Source of the DNA: a virus
Length of the DNA stretch: 64,000 nucleotides
Strand: one strand, 5' to 3'
Virus record (IMG/VR): IMGVR_UViG_3300025133_000027
Coordinates: 112,255-176,254 of that record
Shown: in pieces, positions 7,649 through 17,947 of the stretch
Layout of the letters: each line of letters begins with the position of its first letter
How positions within the stretch are numbered: position 1 is the first letter of the stretch
Notes under the pieces: generated by a model
Databases searched by the model: none
What the model saw: only the letters and a program-made list of their open reading frames with translations
What the model was told of the DNA's origin: nothing
Position numbers and translations under genes: made by a program

Positions 7649-10000
7649 ATGCTAAAATTAACAATCAATAACAAAAAAAAACTAATAAGTGAAATTAAGG
7701 GTAACAACCAAAAACTAGAACAAGTTGTTTCTAGAATGGATAAAGGATACCTTGAAGACTATCTTGTAGATATTTTTGGTGATAAAAACAGGTTTGCTGT
7801 CCGGTCAGAAGTTAGTCTTGGCCTAACACACCCTGTATGGAAAAATATACTTTCATCGTTTGAGATTGATAAAAAAGGAATTTCTAGGTGGTGGTATTAT
7901 AATGAATATACTAAAAATACGGAAACTAAAAGTAAAAAACTTGGTAAGCACTTAACAGATCTTGTTAGGGTGTCTAAGCCTCTGCTGGCAATTCGTGAAA
8001 AGAGAGACGAGGACTTTTTCAAGTTGTCGGACTTGAGATTTAATCTGAGGAAAGTTGCGCAAGATCTTAGGGATGAGGCCATTAATACTTTAAGGTATCC
8101 TGGGTCAAGGGCAACCTTGGAGCGGGATGCTGGTGTTCCTTTTAATGCAAGAGCGGAAGGTGCCATTATACAATTTTTTGAAATCAATAGAGAAGAATTA
8201 TACGAAGTTTTTGCTTTCTTTGACAAAATCGCTTTTGGTGCGTTTAAAGATAATTATGAAGTTTATGCAGAAACAAAAGCTCAAGAAGAGAAAGCTCTTA
8301 CTCTTATCGGGTTCGTTATTGAAGAGTTTGATTACATTATCGATAATCCACAATTATATAATGCATCAATTATGAAACAAAAACTAGGCGCATTAGAGAA
8401 GGAAATAGTTAAGAGAAGAGAATGGCTTGCAAGAAATGAAAAACATGAAGAGGAAGAGATATCGGCTATAAAAAAGTTTAAAAACTTTGGTGGCGAAAAT
8501 CGGCTATTAAAAAAGTATCAAACAATGTTAGATTGGTGGAATAAAAACTCAGAAGAAGCACTTAGAGATCTCAATGGTGAATCAACTAAAGACCCTGGGT
8601 TTGTCTATATCTTTTCAAAACATCCAATTGATGTCCTGAGAATGGGCGATCATGATGGTATTACATCATGCCACTCCCCATCACAAGGATATTTTAAATG
8701 CGCAGTAGCTGATGCGAAAGGTGGCGGTGCTGTCGTATATTTAATCAACTCAGACCAATATGATGTGCTTAACAGGGTTAATAGCAATTGGGAGAGGAGC
8801 AAAGAAGAAATCTTCTTTGATAAAGATCGCCCAGATAACCAAAACATGGAAGACGAAATCTCGAAAGGTAAGCTTGTTCCAAGTGCAAGATTCAGAATCC
8901 GAAGAATTGTTCATTATGAAAATGGAAGACCTGCAAGAGATTTTGGCGTGCCAGAGCTTCGAATTTATTCAAATAAGTTTACAGAGATAGGCGAAACTGT
9001 TCGGGCGAAGTTTCTAAAAGAAATAACAATAATTCTTAGAGATTTACAGAAAGAAGTCTTTCAGGCAGGTTTACCAGATGAAGAAGATCTAAAACTAGCT
9101 GGTGGTGATTATCAAGATACACCTCCTTCCAAACTATTCAAAAACTTCTTTGGATTAGAGTATGTGTCATCATATGTTCTTGATAATCATCCACTTGAGA
9201 ATAAGGCAAATAGCACAAAACACTTATTTGCTCACTTTAAGAAAATATACGCCATTAATGAGGAATCCGAAGCTCATTCTAACCATACAACTTATAATTT
9301 TTATTCAAGCTTTGCCGAACACCCAGAGGATCGGGTATATCCAAACGAAACGGGGATGCCTTGGCGGGTGCAGTATTTTGAAGGAGGAAACAATGGAGAT
9401 TCTCTTCAATTTGACATTGAAGACCCATTTCCAGGACTTGGAACTAAAGTTGGCTTTCTGATGCCACTCAACAAACACCAATCCAATAGATTTATTATGA
9501 GCTCCTATGTTGATCAGGAATTCCGAGGCTTTGTTATTGAACAATTTGTTAAATCTATATCATCTAAACCTTCTTATCTTAGAGCTAGGTGTTATAACCT
9601 AGAAGAAAACAATATTTTTGCTATTGATTTTGATGGAGATAAACAAGTCTTTAGTTTTCGTGGTATTGAGTTTTCATTTTCAGATTCTAAAGAAGACATA
9701 TTAAGCAAATTGATAGAACATAGAGATAGCGAAATCAAGGCTTACGACAAGGTTAGTCAAAAATCGAAAAGAATTCTGGCCAAAAAGAATATAAACCCGA
9801 CAAGCATAGTCAATAAAAATTTCGCATCAATCATTGCAACTTTCGAAAGCACCGACGAGTATTATCTTAAAAGTTTCTTCACTTCACTCGTTCAGAACTA
9901 TAGAAACTTTAAGAAACAAGAAGCAATTCTTAGAGACGTTATTTTTGCTATCCAAAAACTTAATCCAGACTTTAGATTTGAATATAAATATTTAGAATGA
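7649..10000 (+). CDS. Large hypothetical protein, candidate internal head protein
   Basis: 783 aa; late motif; N-terminal LISE; central SKHPIDVLRMGD...TSCHS block. Confidence 0.6.
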   Translation: MLKLTINNKKKLISEIKGNNQKLEQVVSRMDKGYLEDYLVDIFGDKNRFAVRSEVSLGLTHPVWKNILSSFEIDKKGISRWWYYNEYTKNTETKSKKLGKHLTDLVRVSKPLLAIREKRDEDFFKLSDLRFNLRKVAQDLRDEAINTLRYPGSRATLERDAGVPFNARAEGAIIQFFEINREELYEVFAFFDKIAFGAFKDNYEVYAETKAQEEKALTLIGFVIEEFDYIIDNPQLYNASIMKQKLGALEKEIVKRREWLARNEKHEEEEISAIKKFKNFGGENRLLKKYQTMLDWWNKNSEEALRDLNGESTKDPGFVYIFSKHPIDVLRMGDHDGITSCHSPSQGYFKCAVADAKGGGAVVYLINSDQYDVLNRVNSNWERSKEEIFFDKDRPDNQNMEDEISKGKLVPSARFRIRRIVHYENGRPARDFGVPELRIYSNKFTEIGETVRAKFLKEITIILRDLQKEVFQAGLPDEEDLKLAGGDYQDTPPSKLFKNFFGLEYVSSYVLDNHPLENKANSTKHLFAHFKKIYAINEESEAHSNHTTYNFYSSFAEHPEDRVYPNETGMPWRVQYFEGGNNGDSLQFDIEDPFPGLGTKVGFLMPLNKHQSNRFIMSSYVDQEFRGFVIEQFVKSISSKPSYLRARCYNLEENNIFAIDFDGDKQVFSFRGIEFSFSDSKEDILSKLIEHRDSEIKAYDKVSQKSKRILAKKNINPTSIVNKNFASIIATFESTDEYYLKSFFTSLVQNYRNFKKQEAILRDVIFAIQKLNPDFRFEYKYLE

Positions 10001-10025
10001 TCTAGTTATAAAAGAGGGACCATAG

Positions 10026-11273
10026 ATGTCACAACCAATATTAACTCCAGCGAGTACAACAAGTACCACAATTTTATCAGCTTCAGCAACGCCTGCGGAG
10101 GCTGCTGCTTATGCTTTTAAAGCAGACGCTTATGCAGCAAATCAATATTTTTTATCAGGAGCGGCGGATCAGGTATCTTATACATATAAGAGATTGGGTG
10201 GCGATGTTCTTGATATCGAAATTGTTAATGATATGGTCTTCGAAGCATATGAAGAAGCAGTTGTGGAATATAGTTATCTTGTTAATATTCATCAAGCAAA
10301 AAATGCACTCCCGAGTCTTCTTGGAGACACTACAGGAAGTTTTGATCATACAGGACAATTAATATCAGGCGATTCCCTTGAAAACATTAATGTCGAGTTA
10401 AAGTATCCAAGGTTTGAAATGCCACATCCAAAAAGAGTCGGAATTGGACTTGGACGAGAAGGCGGGTTCGGTGGCGACGCTCAAATTCACACAGGTTCTT
10501 TTACTCCGGTGGTAAGACAGCAAGAATACGATCTACAGGCTTTAGTGTCTGATAGCCATCCAACTCTTGATATTGGAAATAAAAGAATTGTTATTCAAAC
10601 AGTATATTATAAGACTCCAAGAACTATGTGGAGGTTCTTTTCATATTATGGTGGCTTGAATGTTGTTGGAAACCTTATGGACTATGGACAATACTCAGAC
10701 CGCTCTACATATGAGATTGTTCCAACTTGGCAAAATAAGTTGCAGGCCATGCAGTTTGAAGACTCTTTATATACAAGAACTTCACACTACTCTTATGATG
10801 TGATTAATAATAGGTTGAGAATATTTCCAACTCCAGAAGCTTCATTGTATCCAGATAAGATTTATTTTAGATTTTATGTCCCAGCAGATGCTTGGGTTGA
10901 AGAGGCTGATCGCCAAACTGGCACTTCTGGTATCAACAATATGAATACACTTCCTTTTGCTAACGTACCATATACAAGCATCAACTCAATTGGCAAGCAG
11001 TGGATTCGTAGATATGGCTTTTCTGTGGCTAAAAGGATGCTTGGACGGGTGCGCTCCAAATTGGACAGCCTCCCCTTCTCAGGGCAAGATGTGACCCTGG
11101 ATGGGAAAGACCTCATTTCAGAGGCAACAGAGGAACAAGAAAAGCTCAGAGAAGAGCTTAAAACTGTTCTTGACGAGCTTACTTATAATCAAGTGGCAGA
11201 GAATCAAGCAAAGATGGTCGAGGATTCCAGGAAGGCTATACGCGGAACACCTCTTAAGATTTACGTGGGATAA
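10026..11273 (+). CDS. Neck/head-completion protein, gp13-like
   Basis: LGG.V.DIE near the N-terminus; WIRRY...K.MLG.VRSK...VTLDG..L..EA.EE..KL near the C-terminus. Confidence 0.75.
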   Translation: MSQPILTPASTTSTTILSASATPAEAAAYAFKADAYAANQYFLSGAADQVSYTYKRLGGDVLDIEIVNDMVFEAYEEAVVEYSYLVNIHQAKNALPSLLGDTTGSFDHTGQLISGDSLENINVELKYPRFEMPHPKRVGIGLGREGGFGGDAQIHTGSFTPVVRQQEYDLQALVSDSHPTLDIGNKRIVIQTVYYKTPRTMWRFFSYYGGLNVVGNLMDYGQYSDRSTYEIVPTWQNKLQAMQFEDSLYTRTSHYSYDVINNRLRIFPTPEASLYPDKIYFRFYVPADAWVEEADRQTGTSGINNMNTLPFANVPYTSINSIGKQWIRRYGFSVAKRMLGRVRSKLDSLPFSGQDVTLDGKDLISEATEEQEKLREELKTVLDELTYNQVAENQAKMVEDSRKAIRGTPLKIYVG

Positions 11274-11278
11274 AAGTT

Positions 11279-11479
11279 ATGTTTGAAAAGTGGAAACTAT
11301 TTCTCGAAGCAAAATGCAAGACTCCTGGCGCAATCTATCACTTTAATATTAATAATAAAAGTGTTGGAGTTGAGGTAGAGTTGCCCTCTGAAATCGATCT
11401 TGATGAAGAGAAGGCTAAAGAACTTGAAAATGAAATACATGATGCACTAGAGAACATATTAGCGAGGTTTTTTGAATAA
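11279..11479 (+). CDS. Small hypothetical protein
   Basis: 66 aa, coupled to the next gene. Confidence 0.6.
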   Translation: MFEKWKLFLEAKCKTPGAIYHFNINNKSVGVEVELPSEIDLDEEKAKELENEIHDALENILARFFE

Positions 11480-11964
11480 TGGCAGACGAATGGACACAAC
11501 CAGCAGCACCTCCTTCACCTCTTTTTACTGGAAAGAAAGAAAAGGATTTTGTTAAACAAGTAGCTGACGAAGTTATAGAAAGAGTTATTGGGCAAGCAAT
11601 TATGTATTACCCAATAAGTATTGAAGATACCAACTTTCATCCCCTATATGGTGAAGCGATCGAAAAAACATTCCTTCCACCAGTCAGAGTGTATGCATTG
11701 GTTGAGTTAACAGAATATGTAACAGAAACAACAGATTTGGGTGTTGACCATAGGTCTTCCATTGTTGTTAACTTTCATAAGCGACGCTTAACTGAGGATC
11801 AAAATCTGTATGTCAGAGAAGGTGATTTCGTGCTCTATGACGATATCTATTATGAAATTGTAATGATCGGGGAACCAAGAAGGCTATTTGGTCAGATGGA
11901 CTCCCGAATTGAAATCTCAGCAACCTGTATTAGAGCTAGAGATGGGAAGTTTAACGCGAAATGA
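11479..11964 (+). CDS. Neck/head-closure protein, gp14-like
   Basis: HPLYGE and VREGDFV motifs; synteny. Confidence 0.65.
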   Translation: MADEWTQPAAPPSPLFTGKKEKDFVKQVADEVIERVIGQAIMYYPISIEDTNFHPLYGEAIEKTFLPPVRVYALVELTEYVTETTDLGVDHRSSIVVNFHKRRLTEDQNLYVREGDFVLYDDIYYEIVMIGEPRRLFGQMDSRIEISATCIRARDGKFNAK

Positions 11965-12752
11965 AAACACTAGTTTATGTGCCATCAACAATAGAAACAG
12001 TAGATTACGCTCTGTATGACTGGTTAGAAGGTCTCAATATCAAAACGAGAACTAATAGTGGAGTCAGAGTGGTTCCGTTGGTATGGCTTTCCTCAGAAAG
12101 AGTCTTTCAGGTTAAGAATGATAAAGATTTACGAGAAGTAGATTCAAATTCAATTATCTTGCCAATTATAACAATTGAAAGAACATCTATGTCTAAAACT
12201 CCTGCCGGTGAGAGAGCTTTTCCTGGAAACGTGTTTCCGGTTAATGACCATCGCAAAGGGGCTGTAACTATATATAAGAAAATAGTTCAAGATAAGACTG
12301 CCAACTTTGCGAATGCAGATTCAAAACGAGTATATGGGCAAAACAACTTCCCTTTTGACAACAAGAAGGTGGTTAATAAGGCTATCTCCATCCCATATCC
12401 AGTCTTTATGAATATGAACTATACGATTAAGATTAGAACAGATTACTTACAACAGATGAATGAAGCAACAACTCCGTTTTATAGATATACAAGTGGTATC
12501 AATCAGTTTATTGTAAAACGTGATGGACATCGATATGAGGCCTTTCTTGATGATGACTTTCCGATTGAAAGTAATGCCTCTGGTTTAGGTGAGGAAGAAA
12601 AGAAGTTTGAAGCAACAATATCGATTAAGGTTTTAGGTTATTTAAGCTCAGACGATACTAATCAAGAATCCCCAGAAGTCGTAGTAAGAGAAAATGCAGT
12701 TCAAGTAAGAATGCAAAGAGAACGGAGCGTCCTAGACAGCGAATCTTTTTAG
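11961..12752 (+). CDS. Tail terminator/sheath stabiliser, gp15-like
   Basis: VPLVW...LPIITIER and P...MNYTI motifs; upstream of the sheath gene. Confidence 0.65.
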   Translation: MKTLVYVPSTIETVDYALYDWLEGLNIKTRTNSGVRVVPLVWLSSERVFQVKNDKDLREVDSNSIILPIITIERTSMSKTPAGERAFPGNVFPVNDHRKGAVTIYKKIVQDKTANFANADSKRVYGQNNFPFDNKKVVNKAISIPYPVFMNMNYTIKIRTDYLQQMNEATTPFYRYTSGINQFIVKRDGHRYEAFLDDDFPIESNASGLGEEEKKFEATISIKVLGYLSSDDTNQESPEVVVRENAVQVRMQRERSVLDSESF

Positions 12753-12779
12753 ATGTTATCGAAATTGAGTCTTTATCAA

Positions 12780-12789
12780 ACTATTTATT
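12780..12789 (+). promoter_or_regulatory. Putative late promoter variant ACTATTTATT
   Basis: 1 mismatch; upstream of the sheath gene. Confidence 0.55.
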
Positions 12790-12829
12790 GTAGTGATTGC
12801 ACACGAGATCTATTTAGGAGCAATTTATA

Positions 12830-15799
12830 ATGGCAGAATCAGCAAAGAATTTTCATTTCAGATCCCCTGGGATTAAGACACAAGAAATCGACCAATCGGA
12901 GATCCCAAACGCTGCGGAAGCACTTGGACCCGTAATTATTGGACGTGCAAAACGCGGACCAGCGTTTAAACCTGTTAAAGTCAACTCCTTTGATGAGTTT
13001 GTTAAGATCTTTGGCGAGCCTGTTGCTGGTGGAACTTCAAATGATGTTTGGAGAGACGGCAATCTTACCTCCCCAATGTATGGAGTCTATGGCGCACAGT
13101 CTTGGTTAAAGAATGGTGAAGCTCTTACCTATGTTAGAGTTCTTGGTGATGCAAGTCCACAAGCAACTTCAGCCGGAAAGGCTGGTTGGACTGCTGGAGC
13201 TATTGGGACAGCGAAAGAGGCTGGTGGAGCTTACGGACTGTTTGTATTCCCATCTTCAAGTGCTGGCAACGTAGCTACTGCTCATTTGACAGGTGCTCTT
13301 GCTGCTGTCTTTTACATGGCCACAGGCTCAGGTGCTCCACAACTATCTGGTAACATCTATGCTGCACCAGGGCCAGTCGGTGCTACAACAGCAAGCAACT
13401 CTATCCTAATCGAAAGTAATAATTCAGGAGATTTTGTAATTCAATTTACAGGCTCTAACTTACCATCAAGTAAGACAACTTTTTCGATGACAAAGACGAA
13501 AGGCAACTTCATCAGAAAGGTATTTAATACCAACCCAACTCTTCTTGGAAGAAACAGTGAAACAGATGGTCAAGTTAACTATTTCCTAGGTGAAACCTAC
13601 GAAGATACTTACAAGAGCGCAGTTTCAACAGGCTCTTATTTTACTGGTAGCGGTACTATCAGTTCTACTAAGTATGTCGGTGTTATCTTAGGCCTAATGA
13701 GTGGAAGTTCGGTAGCAAACCACTCTATTAATCAAAACAGAGCACTACAAAGCTCAACTCTTCCAAAATCAGGTTGGTTCTTTACTCAGCATTTGTCACA
13801 AGATACTGGTAGTTTTGATCCATCTAGCACAACTTTCTTTACAGATGGTACTGTAAAGAAGTTATTCAGATTCGTAGGTTTAGATACTGGCGAAGATCTT
13901 CAGAATAACTTCAAAGTATCTATCGCTAACATTAAGCCATCATCTAATGAAGATGTAGAGCCTTATGGAACTTTCGATGTTGAAGTTCGTAGAATTCACG
14001 ACACTGATGAAAATATTTCCATGGTTGAAAGATACGTTGGGTGCACTCTGGACGTAAGCGCAGAATCTTACATTCTTAATGTAATCGGTGATAAGTACAC
14101 AGAATACGACGATACAAAAGCTCGACTTATCGAGAAAGGCTCCTACCCAAATAAGTCTAAATACATTAGAGTTGAAATCAACTCAGAGTTTGAGAGTGGT
14201 TTCGAGCCATCATATGTTCCTTTCGGAATTACAGGTCCTACAAAGTATAAAAACATTGACATCGATTCCGATAGTGCATTACGCGATGCAACTACTGCTT
14301 GGGTTACTGGTGGAACTAGCGCAGTATATGGAGCTTCGGCAGATGCAATAGTCACAGGCTCGGGTGCTGACATTCCTAACTTAAAGATTATGTTCCCAGA
14401 AGTTCCTGTTAGAACATCAACCTCGACACTTACTAATATTAGACAAGGATATTGGGGTGCATACTTAACTCCTGATGGAACAGACGCTTTTAACAATTCA
14501 GTAAAAGACCACATTAGGTGCAAGCCAACTAATGTTGCTAACCATGATGAAGATACTTCAACAGTTTATCAATGGGTTATCTCACTTGACAACGTTAAGT
14601 ATGATACAGCACCTGCTGCTAGTGCAAAAGGAGTTGGGACACTTGTTTACAGCAACTCTGCTAGGTATGATGGTTATTCGCTAACAGCAACAGCATCATT
14701 GCCAACTAACTACCCTGATAGTAGCGATGCCCTGCTTTCTTACAAAGCACCACTCGCTCTTGGAGTTGGTAATCTTACTTCAGTATTCTATGGTGGAACT
14801 AACGGCTTTGATATTACAGAGTCCGACCCTCTGAGAAATTCAAAGATTGCAACATCACCAACTTTAACAACAGATCCAGTTTATTACTCTTACAGAAGAG
14901 CGATTGACACGGTAAAGCATCCAGAAATTGCAGAGTATCACTTGATTGCAATCCCTGGAATGAATAACGAGAGTCTAAACAAAACTTTGGTAAACAACTC
15001 TGCTGAGAGATCTGATGCTCTTGCTGTCATCGACATTGAAGAGAGTTACTTGCCTCCTCATGAGAGACTTTATGATTCTAGTGATAGAAATGCTGCTCAA
15101 ATGGGTGATATTCAAACAGCTCTTGAAACATTTAAGAGTTGGAAGATGAACTCAAGTTATGGCGCTGCTTATTACCCATGGGTTCAGATTAGAGACTCAA
15201 TTAGTGAGAAATCTGTATGGGTCCCACCTTCTGTTGCTGCCCTAGGAGCTCTGGCTTACACTGACAAGGTTGGTGGTCAATGGCAAGCTCCTGCTGGTTT
15301 CAACCGAGCAGGCCTCTCAAGTGGCGAAGCTGGTCTTCCAGTAAGCAACGTAGCTCTTAAACTCTTTAGTTCTGATAGAGATGACCTATATGACATCAAT
15401 ATCAACCCAATCGCTTCATTCCCAAACCAGGGTGTTGTAATTTGGGGTCAAAAGACTTTGCAGGTTAAGAGAAGTGGACTTGATAGAGTTAACGTCAGAA
15501 GACTAATGTTGCACCTTAAGAGAGGAATCTCACTTATCGGTGACACAGTTTTGTTTGAGCCAAACCTTGATGACACTTGGAAGAACTTCAAGAGACAAGC
15601 AGAGCCATTTTTGGCAGAAATTAAGGCGAAATTCGGCTTGGTAGATTATAAGCTTGTTCTCGATGAAACAACAACAACACCTGATCTAGTCGATCAGAAC
15701 ATAATGTATGTTCAAATTTGGGTTAAACCAGCGAAATCAATTGAATTTATTGCAGTTGACTTCTATTTAACTACATCAGGCGCTACATTTAATGGATAA
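12830..15799 (+). CDS. gp18: Contractile tail sheath protein
   Basis: SPGI...EID.S, YYPWV, WVPPS, W.APAGFNR, WGQKTLQ, RVNVRRL and FEPN motifs. Confidence 0.95.
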   Translation: MAESAKNFHFRSPGIKTQEIDQSEIPNAAEALGPVIIGRAKRGPAFKPVKVNSFDEFVKIFGEPVAGGTSNDVWRDGNLTSPMYGVYGAQSWLKNGEALTYVRVLGDASPQATSAGKAGWTAGAIGTAKEAGGAYGLFVFPSSSAGNVATAHLTGALAAVFYMATGSGAPQLSGNIYAAPGPVGATTASNSILIESNNSGDFVIQFTGSNLPSSKTTFSMTKTKGNFIRKVFNTNPTLLGRNSETDGQVNYFLGETYEDTYKSAVSTGSYFTGSGTISSTKYVGVILGLMSGSSVANHSINQNRALQSSTLPKSGWFFTQHLSQDTGSFDPSSTTFFTDGTVKKLFRFVGLDTGEDLQNNFKVSIANIKPSSNEDVEPYGTFDVEVRRIHDTDENISMVERYVGCTLDVSAESYILNVIGDKYTEYDDTKARLIEKGSYPNKSKYIRVEINSEFESGFEPSYVPFGITGPTKYKNIDIDSDSALRDATTAWVTGGTSAVYGASADAIVTGSGADIPNLKIMFPEVPVRTSTSTLTNIRQGYWGAYLTPDGTDAFNNSVKDHIRCKPTNVANHDEDTSTVYQWVISLDNVKYDTAPAASAKGVGTLVYSNSARYDGYSLTATASLPTNYPDSSDALLSYKAPLALGVGNLTSVFYGGTNGFDITESDPLRNSKIATSPTLTTDPVYYSYRRAIDTVKHPEIAEYHLIAIPGMNNESLNKTLVNNSAERSDALAVIDIEESYLPPHERLYDSSDRNAAQMGDIQTALETFKSWKMNSSYGAAYYPWVQIRDSISEKSVWVPPSVAALGALAYTDKVGGQWQAPAGFNRAGLSSGEAGLPVSNVALKLFSSDRDDLYDININPIASFPNQGVVIWGQKTLQVKRSGLDRVNVRRLMLHLKRGISLIGDTVLFEPNLDDTWKNFKRQAEPFLAEIKAKFGLVDYKLVLDETTTTPDLVDQNIMYVQIWVKPAKSIEFIAVDFYLTTSGATFNG

Positions 15800-15811
15800 G
15801 GAGAATAGATA

Positions 15812-16333
15812 ATGGCAACACCAATTTGGTCCCCAACCGCAGAGCCGATAAGAAAATTTAAGTTCTTATTAAATATCGCTGGTATTCCAACGTATATGAT
15901 TAAGACTTCCGACAGGCCACAGCAGACTATTGGGCAGCAAGAACACAAGTTCTTAGCTCAGACTTATAAGTTCCCTGGACAAGTTACCTGGAATGACATT
16001 GGAGTTACAATGGTTGATCTTGTTGATGTTGAAGCTGCTAAGGTATTATACAAAGCAGTCAAAGCATCTGGTTATGTTGCTCCAAGTGATTACGATATGA
16101 GTGATAGCTCAAGTTCAAACTATTACAGAAGAACTCCTTCAAAGAGAAACGCTGTAAACTCACTTGGTAATGTAACTATCGAGATGCTAGATTCAGACGG
16201 TAAGGTTGTTGAAGAATGGAAGCTTCATAATGTCTGGATTAAAGACGTTAATAACGATGGAGTTGGATATGAAGATGAAGGCCTTATCAATTTAACACTG
16301 CAACTAGCTTATGATTGGGCTATTCTTACATAA
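15812..16333 (+). CDS. gp19: Tail tube protein, gp19-like
   Basis: EP.RKFKF, KFPGQVTWNDI, EEWKL...W and L.LAYDWA motifs. Confidence 0.88.
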   Translation: MATPIWSPTAEPIRKFKFLLNIAGIPTYMIKTSDRPQQTIGQQEHKFLAQTYKFPGQVTWNDIGVTMVDLVDVEAAKVLYKAVKASGYVAPSDYDMSDSSSSNYYRRTPSKRNAVNSLGNVTIEMLDSDGKVVEEWKLHNVWIKDVNNDGVGYEDEGLINLTLQLAYDWAILT

Positions 16334-16357
16334 ACTATTTTACAGGCTATTTAGAGT

Positions 16358-16960
16358 ATGGCATTTAAGTTAAATTTAGATTTACCCGGAGAGCTTGCTC
16401 GGTTTGCTTCTAATAAGCGGATCAAGCAGGCTCCTCTATTTCAAAAAGACATGTTCTTTGATGCTCAACAGGCACATCGATTCTTTTTGAATATGCATGG
16501 TATTAAAGCAGCATACATTTCAAATGTTGAAAGACCTTCCTATTCAATAGGAACAGAACAATATGTCTACCTAAACCATAAATTAAATTACCCAGGCCTA
16601 ATTGAGTGGAGCCCTATTTCACTTACAATTAGAGAAATCTATACACCAGAAGCTTTTGGCTCTGTTTTGAGTAATCTAATGGCTAAATTAACTCATATTT
16701 CTTATGAGACACCAACAGATCTTAGTCCAGATTTTGCAAAAAATATCTCAAAACAGAATTTAACTCTTGCTATGGAAAATACTATAATAGAATCTCTTGA
16801 TCATAATGGAGTAACCCATGAAGCCTGGAAGCTTCACGGTGCCATGATAACATCTCTGAAGCCTTCACGACTATCCTATGAAGAGGACTCTCTTACGGGC
16901 ATTGATGTTACGATTGCTTATGATTGGGCCGACTATGCCTTCAAGGGCGTCTTTTTATAG
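16358..16960 (+). CDS. Second tail tube-like protein
   Basis: Paralogous motifs YPG.IEW.PI, E.WKL.G and IAYDWA. Confidence 0.75.
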   Translation: MAFKLNLDLPGELARFASNKRIKQAPLFQKDMFFDAQQAHRFFLNMHGIKAAYISNVERPSYSIGTEQYVYLNHKLNYPGLIEWSPISLTIREIYTPEAFGSVLSNLMAKLTHISYETPTDLSPDFAKNISKQNLTLAMENTIIESLDHNGVTHEAWKLHGAMITSLKPSRLSYEEDSLTGIDVTIAYDWADYAFKGVFL

Positions 16961-16968
16961 AGGATTAA

Positions 16969-17787
16969 ATGAGAGATAACGAGAACAGGCTTCAAGCCAA
17001 CCAAAGTATGCCAACTCCGAGCATGCCTACATATACAGTACCAACAGATTTCGCAAAACTACCATCAGAGGGCAGGTTTTACCCACAAGAACACCCTTTG
17101 TATGGAAAAAAAGATGTTGAAATCAAGTTCATGACCACAAAAGAAGAAGATATTATTTCGAATGAGTCATATATTAAAAAAGGCATCACAGTTGAAAGAT
17201 TATTGGGTAGTTTGCTGGTTGATAAGCGTATTGACCCAAAAACACTGCTCGCCGGGGATCAGAATGCAATTCTTGTTAATGCTAGAAAGAATGCTTACGG
17301 TCCAAACTATGAACTAAACGTATCTTGCGAAGTATGTGAGACCAAAAATGATATTGTTATAGATCTTAACAGTGATGACTTCGTAATCAAGTCAGATCCA
17401 GAGCTTGCAGTTACTAATTCGGGAACTTTCTTTGTAGAATTACCAGTAAGTAAATTAAAACTTGAACTAAGACTGCTGACAGGTGAAGATGAAGCCGAAA
17501 TCGAGAAATCTTTGAAACAAAAGGCTGACGCTGGATTAGAACTAGAACCCTTATCCGCTCGACTGATGAAAATGATTGTATCAATTAACGGAAATGCATC
17601 CTTCCCGGTAAAAGCAGGTCTGGTCTCGCAAGGCTTGCTTTTGAGAGACTCAGATGCGGTAAAGGATGCACATTTTAAAGCGAATCCCGCTTATCGAGTA
17701 AGTATGGATGTTCCTTGTAAAATGTGTGGAACGCATATTAAGGGGGTTGTGCCCTTAACGGCTAACTTTTTTTGGCCTAACGGATAA
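16969..17787 (+). CDS. Baseplate hub/tail assembly chaperone, gp26-like
   Basis: LPS.G.FY, MT.KEEDI, two CxxC pairs; ends NFFWP. Confidence 0.8.
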   Translation: MRDNENRLQANQSMPTPSMPTYTVPTDFAKLPSEGRFYPQEHPLYGKKDVEIKFMTTKEEDIISNESYIKKGITVERLLGSLLVDKRIDPKTLLAGDQNAILVNARKNAYGPNYELNVSCEVCETKNDIVIDLNSDDFVIKSDPELAVTNSGTFFVELPVSKLKLELRLLTGEDEAEIEKSLKQKADAGLELEPLSARLMKMIVSINGNASFPVKAGLVSQGLLLRDSDAVKDAHFKANPAYRVSMDVPCKMCGTHIKGVVPLTANFFWPNG

Positions 17788-17920
17788 ATACGTTACAGAA
17801 ATCTATGATGCTATTTTCGAGTTCACAATAAGAACTTCGTGGACATTCTTTCAATTGTATTCAATACCTATTAAGCTAAGGGATTATTATATCAATAAGC
17901 TTTATAATGAAAAGAAATAA
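17774..17920 (+). CDS. Startless gp51-like ORF, probably reached by a frameshift from the chaperone gene
   Basis: +1 frame after the T7 run reads GLTDKYVTEIYDAIFEFTIRTSWTFFQLYSIPIKLRDYYINKLYNEKK. Confidence 0.65.
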   Translation, partial: GLTDKYVTEIYDAIFEFTIRTSWTFFQLYSIPIKLRDYYINKLYNEKK

Positions 17921-17923
17921 GAT

Positions 17924-17933
17924 ACTAGTTATA
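17924..17933 (+). promoter_or_regulatory. Putative late promoter variant ACTAGTTATA
   Basis: 1 mismatch; upstream of the tape measure gene. Confidence 0.55.
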
Positions 17934-17947
17934 GATGAGGTATTCTA

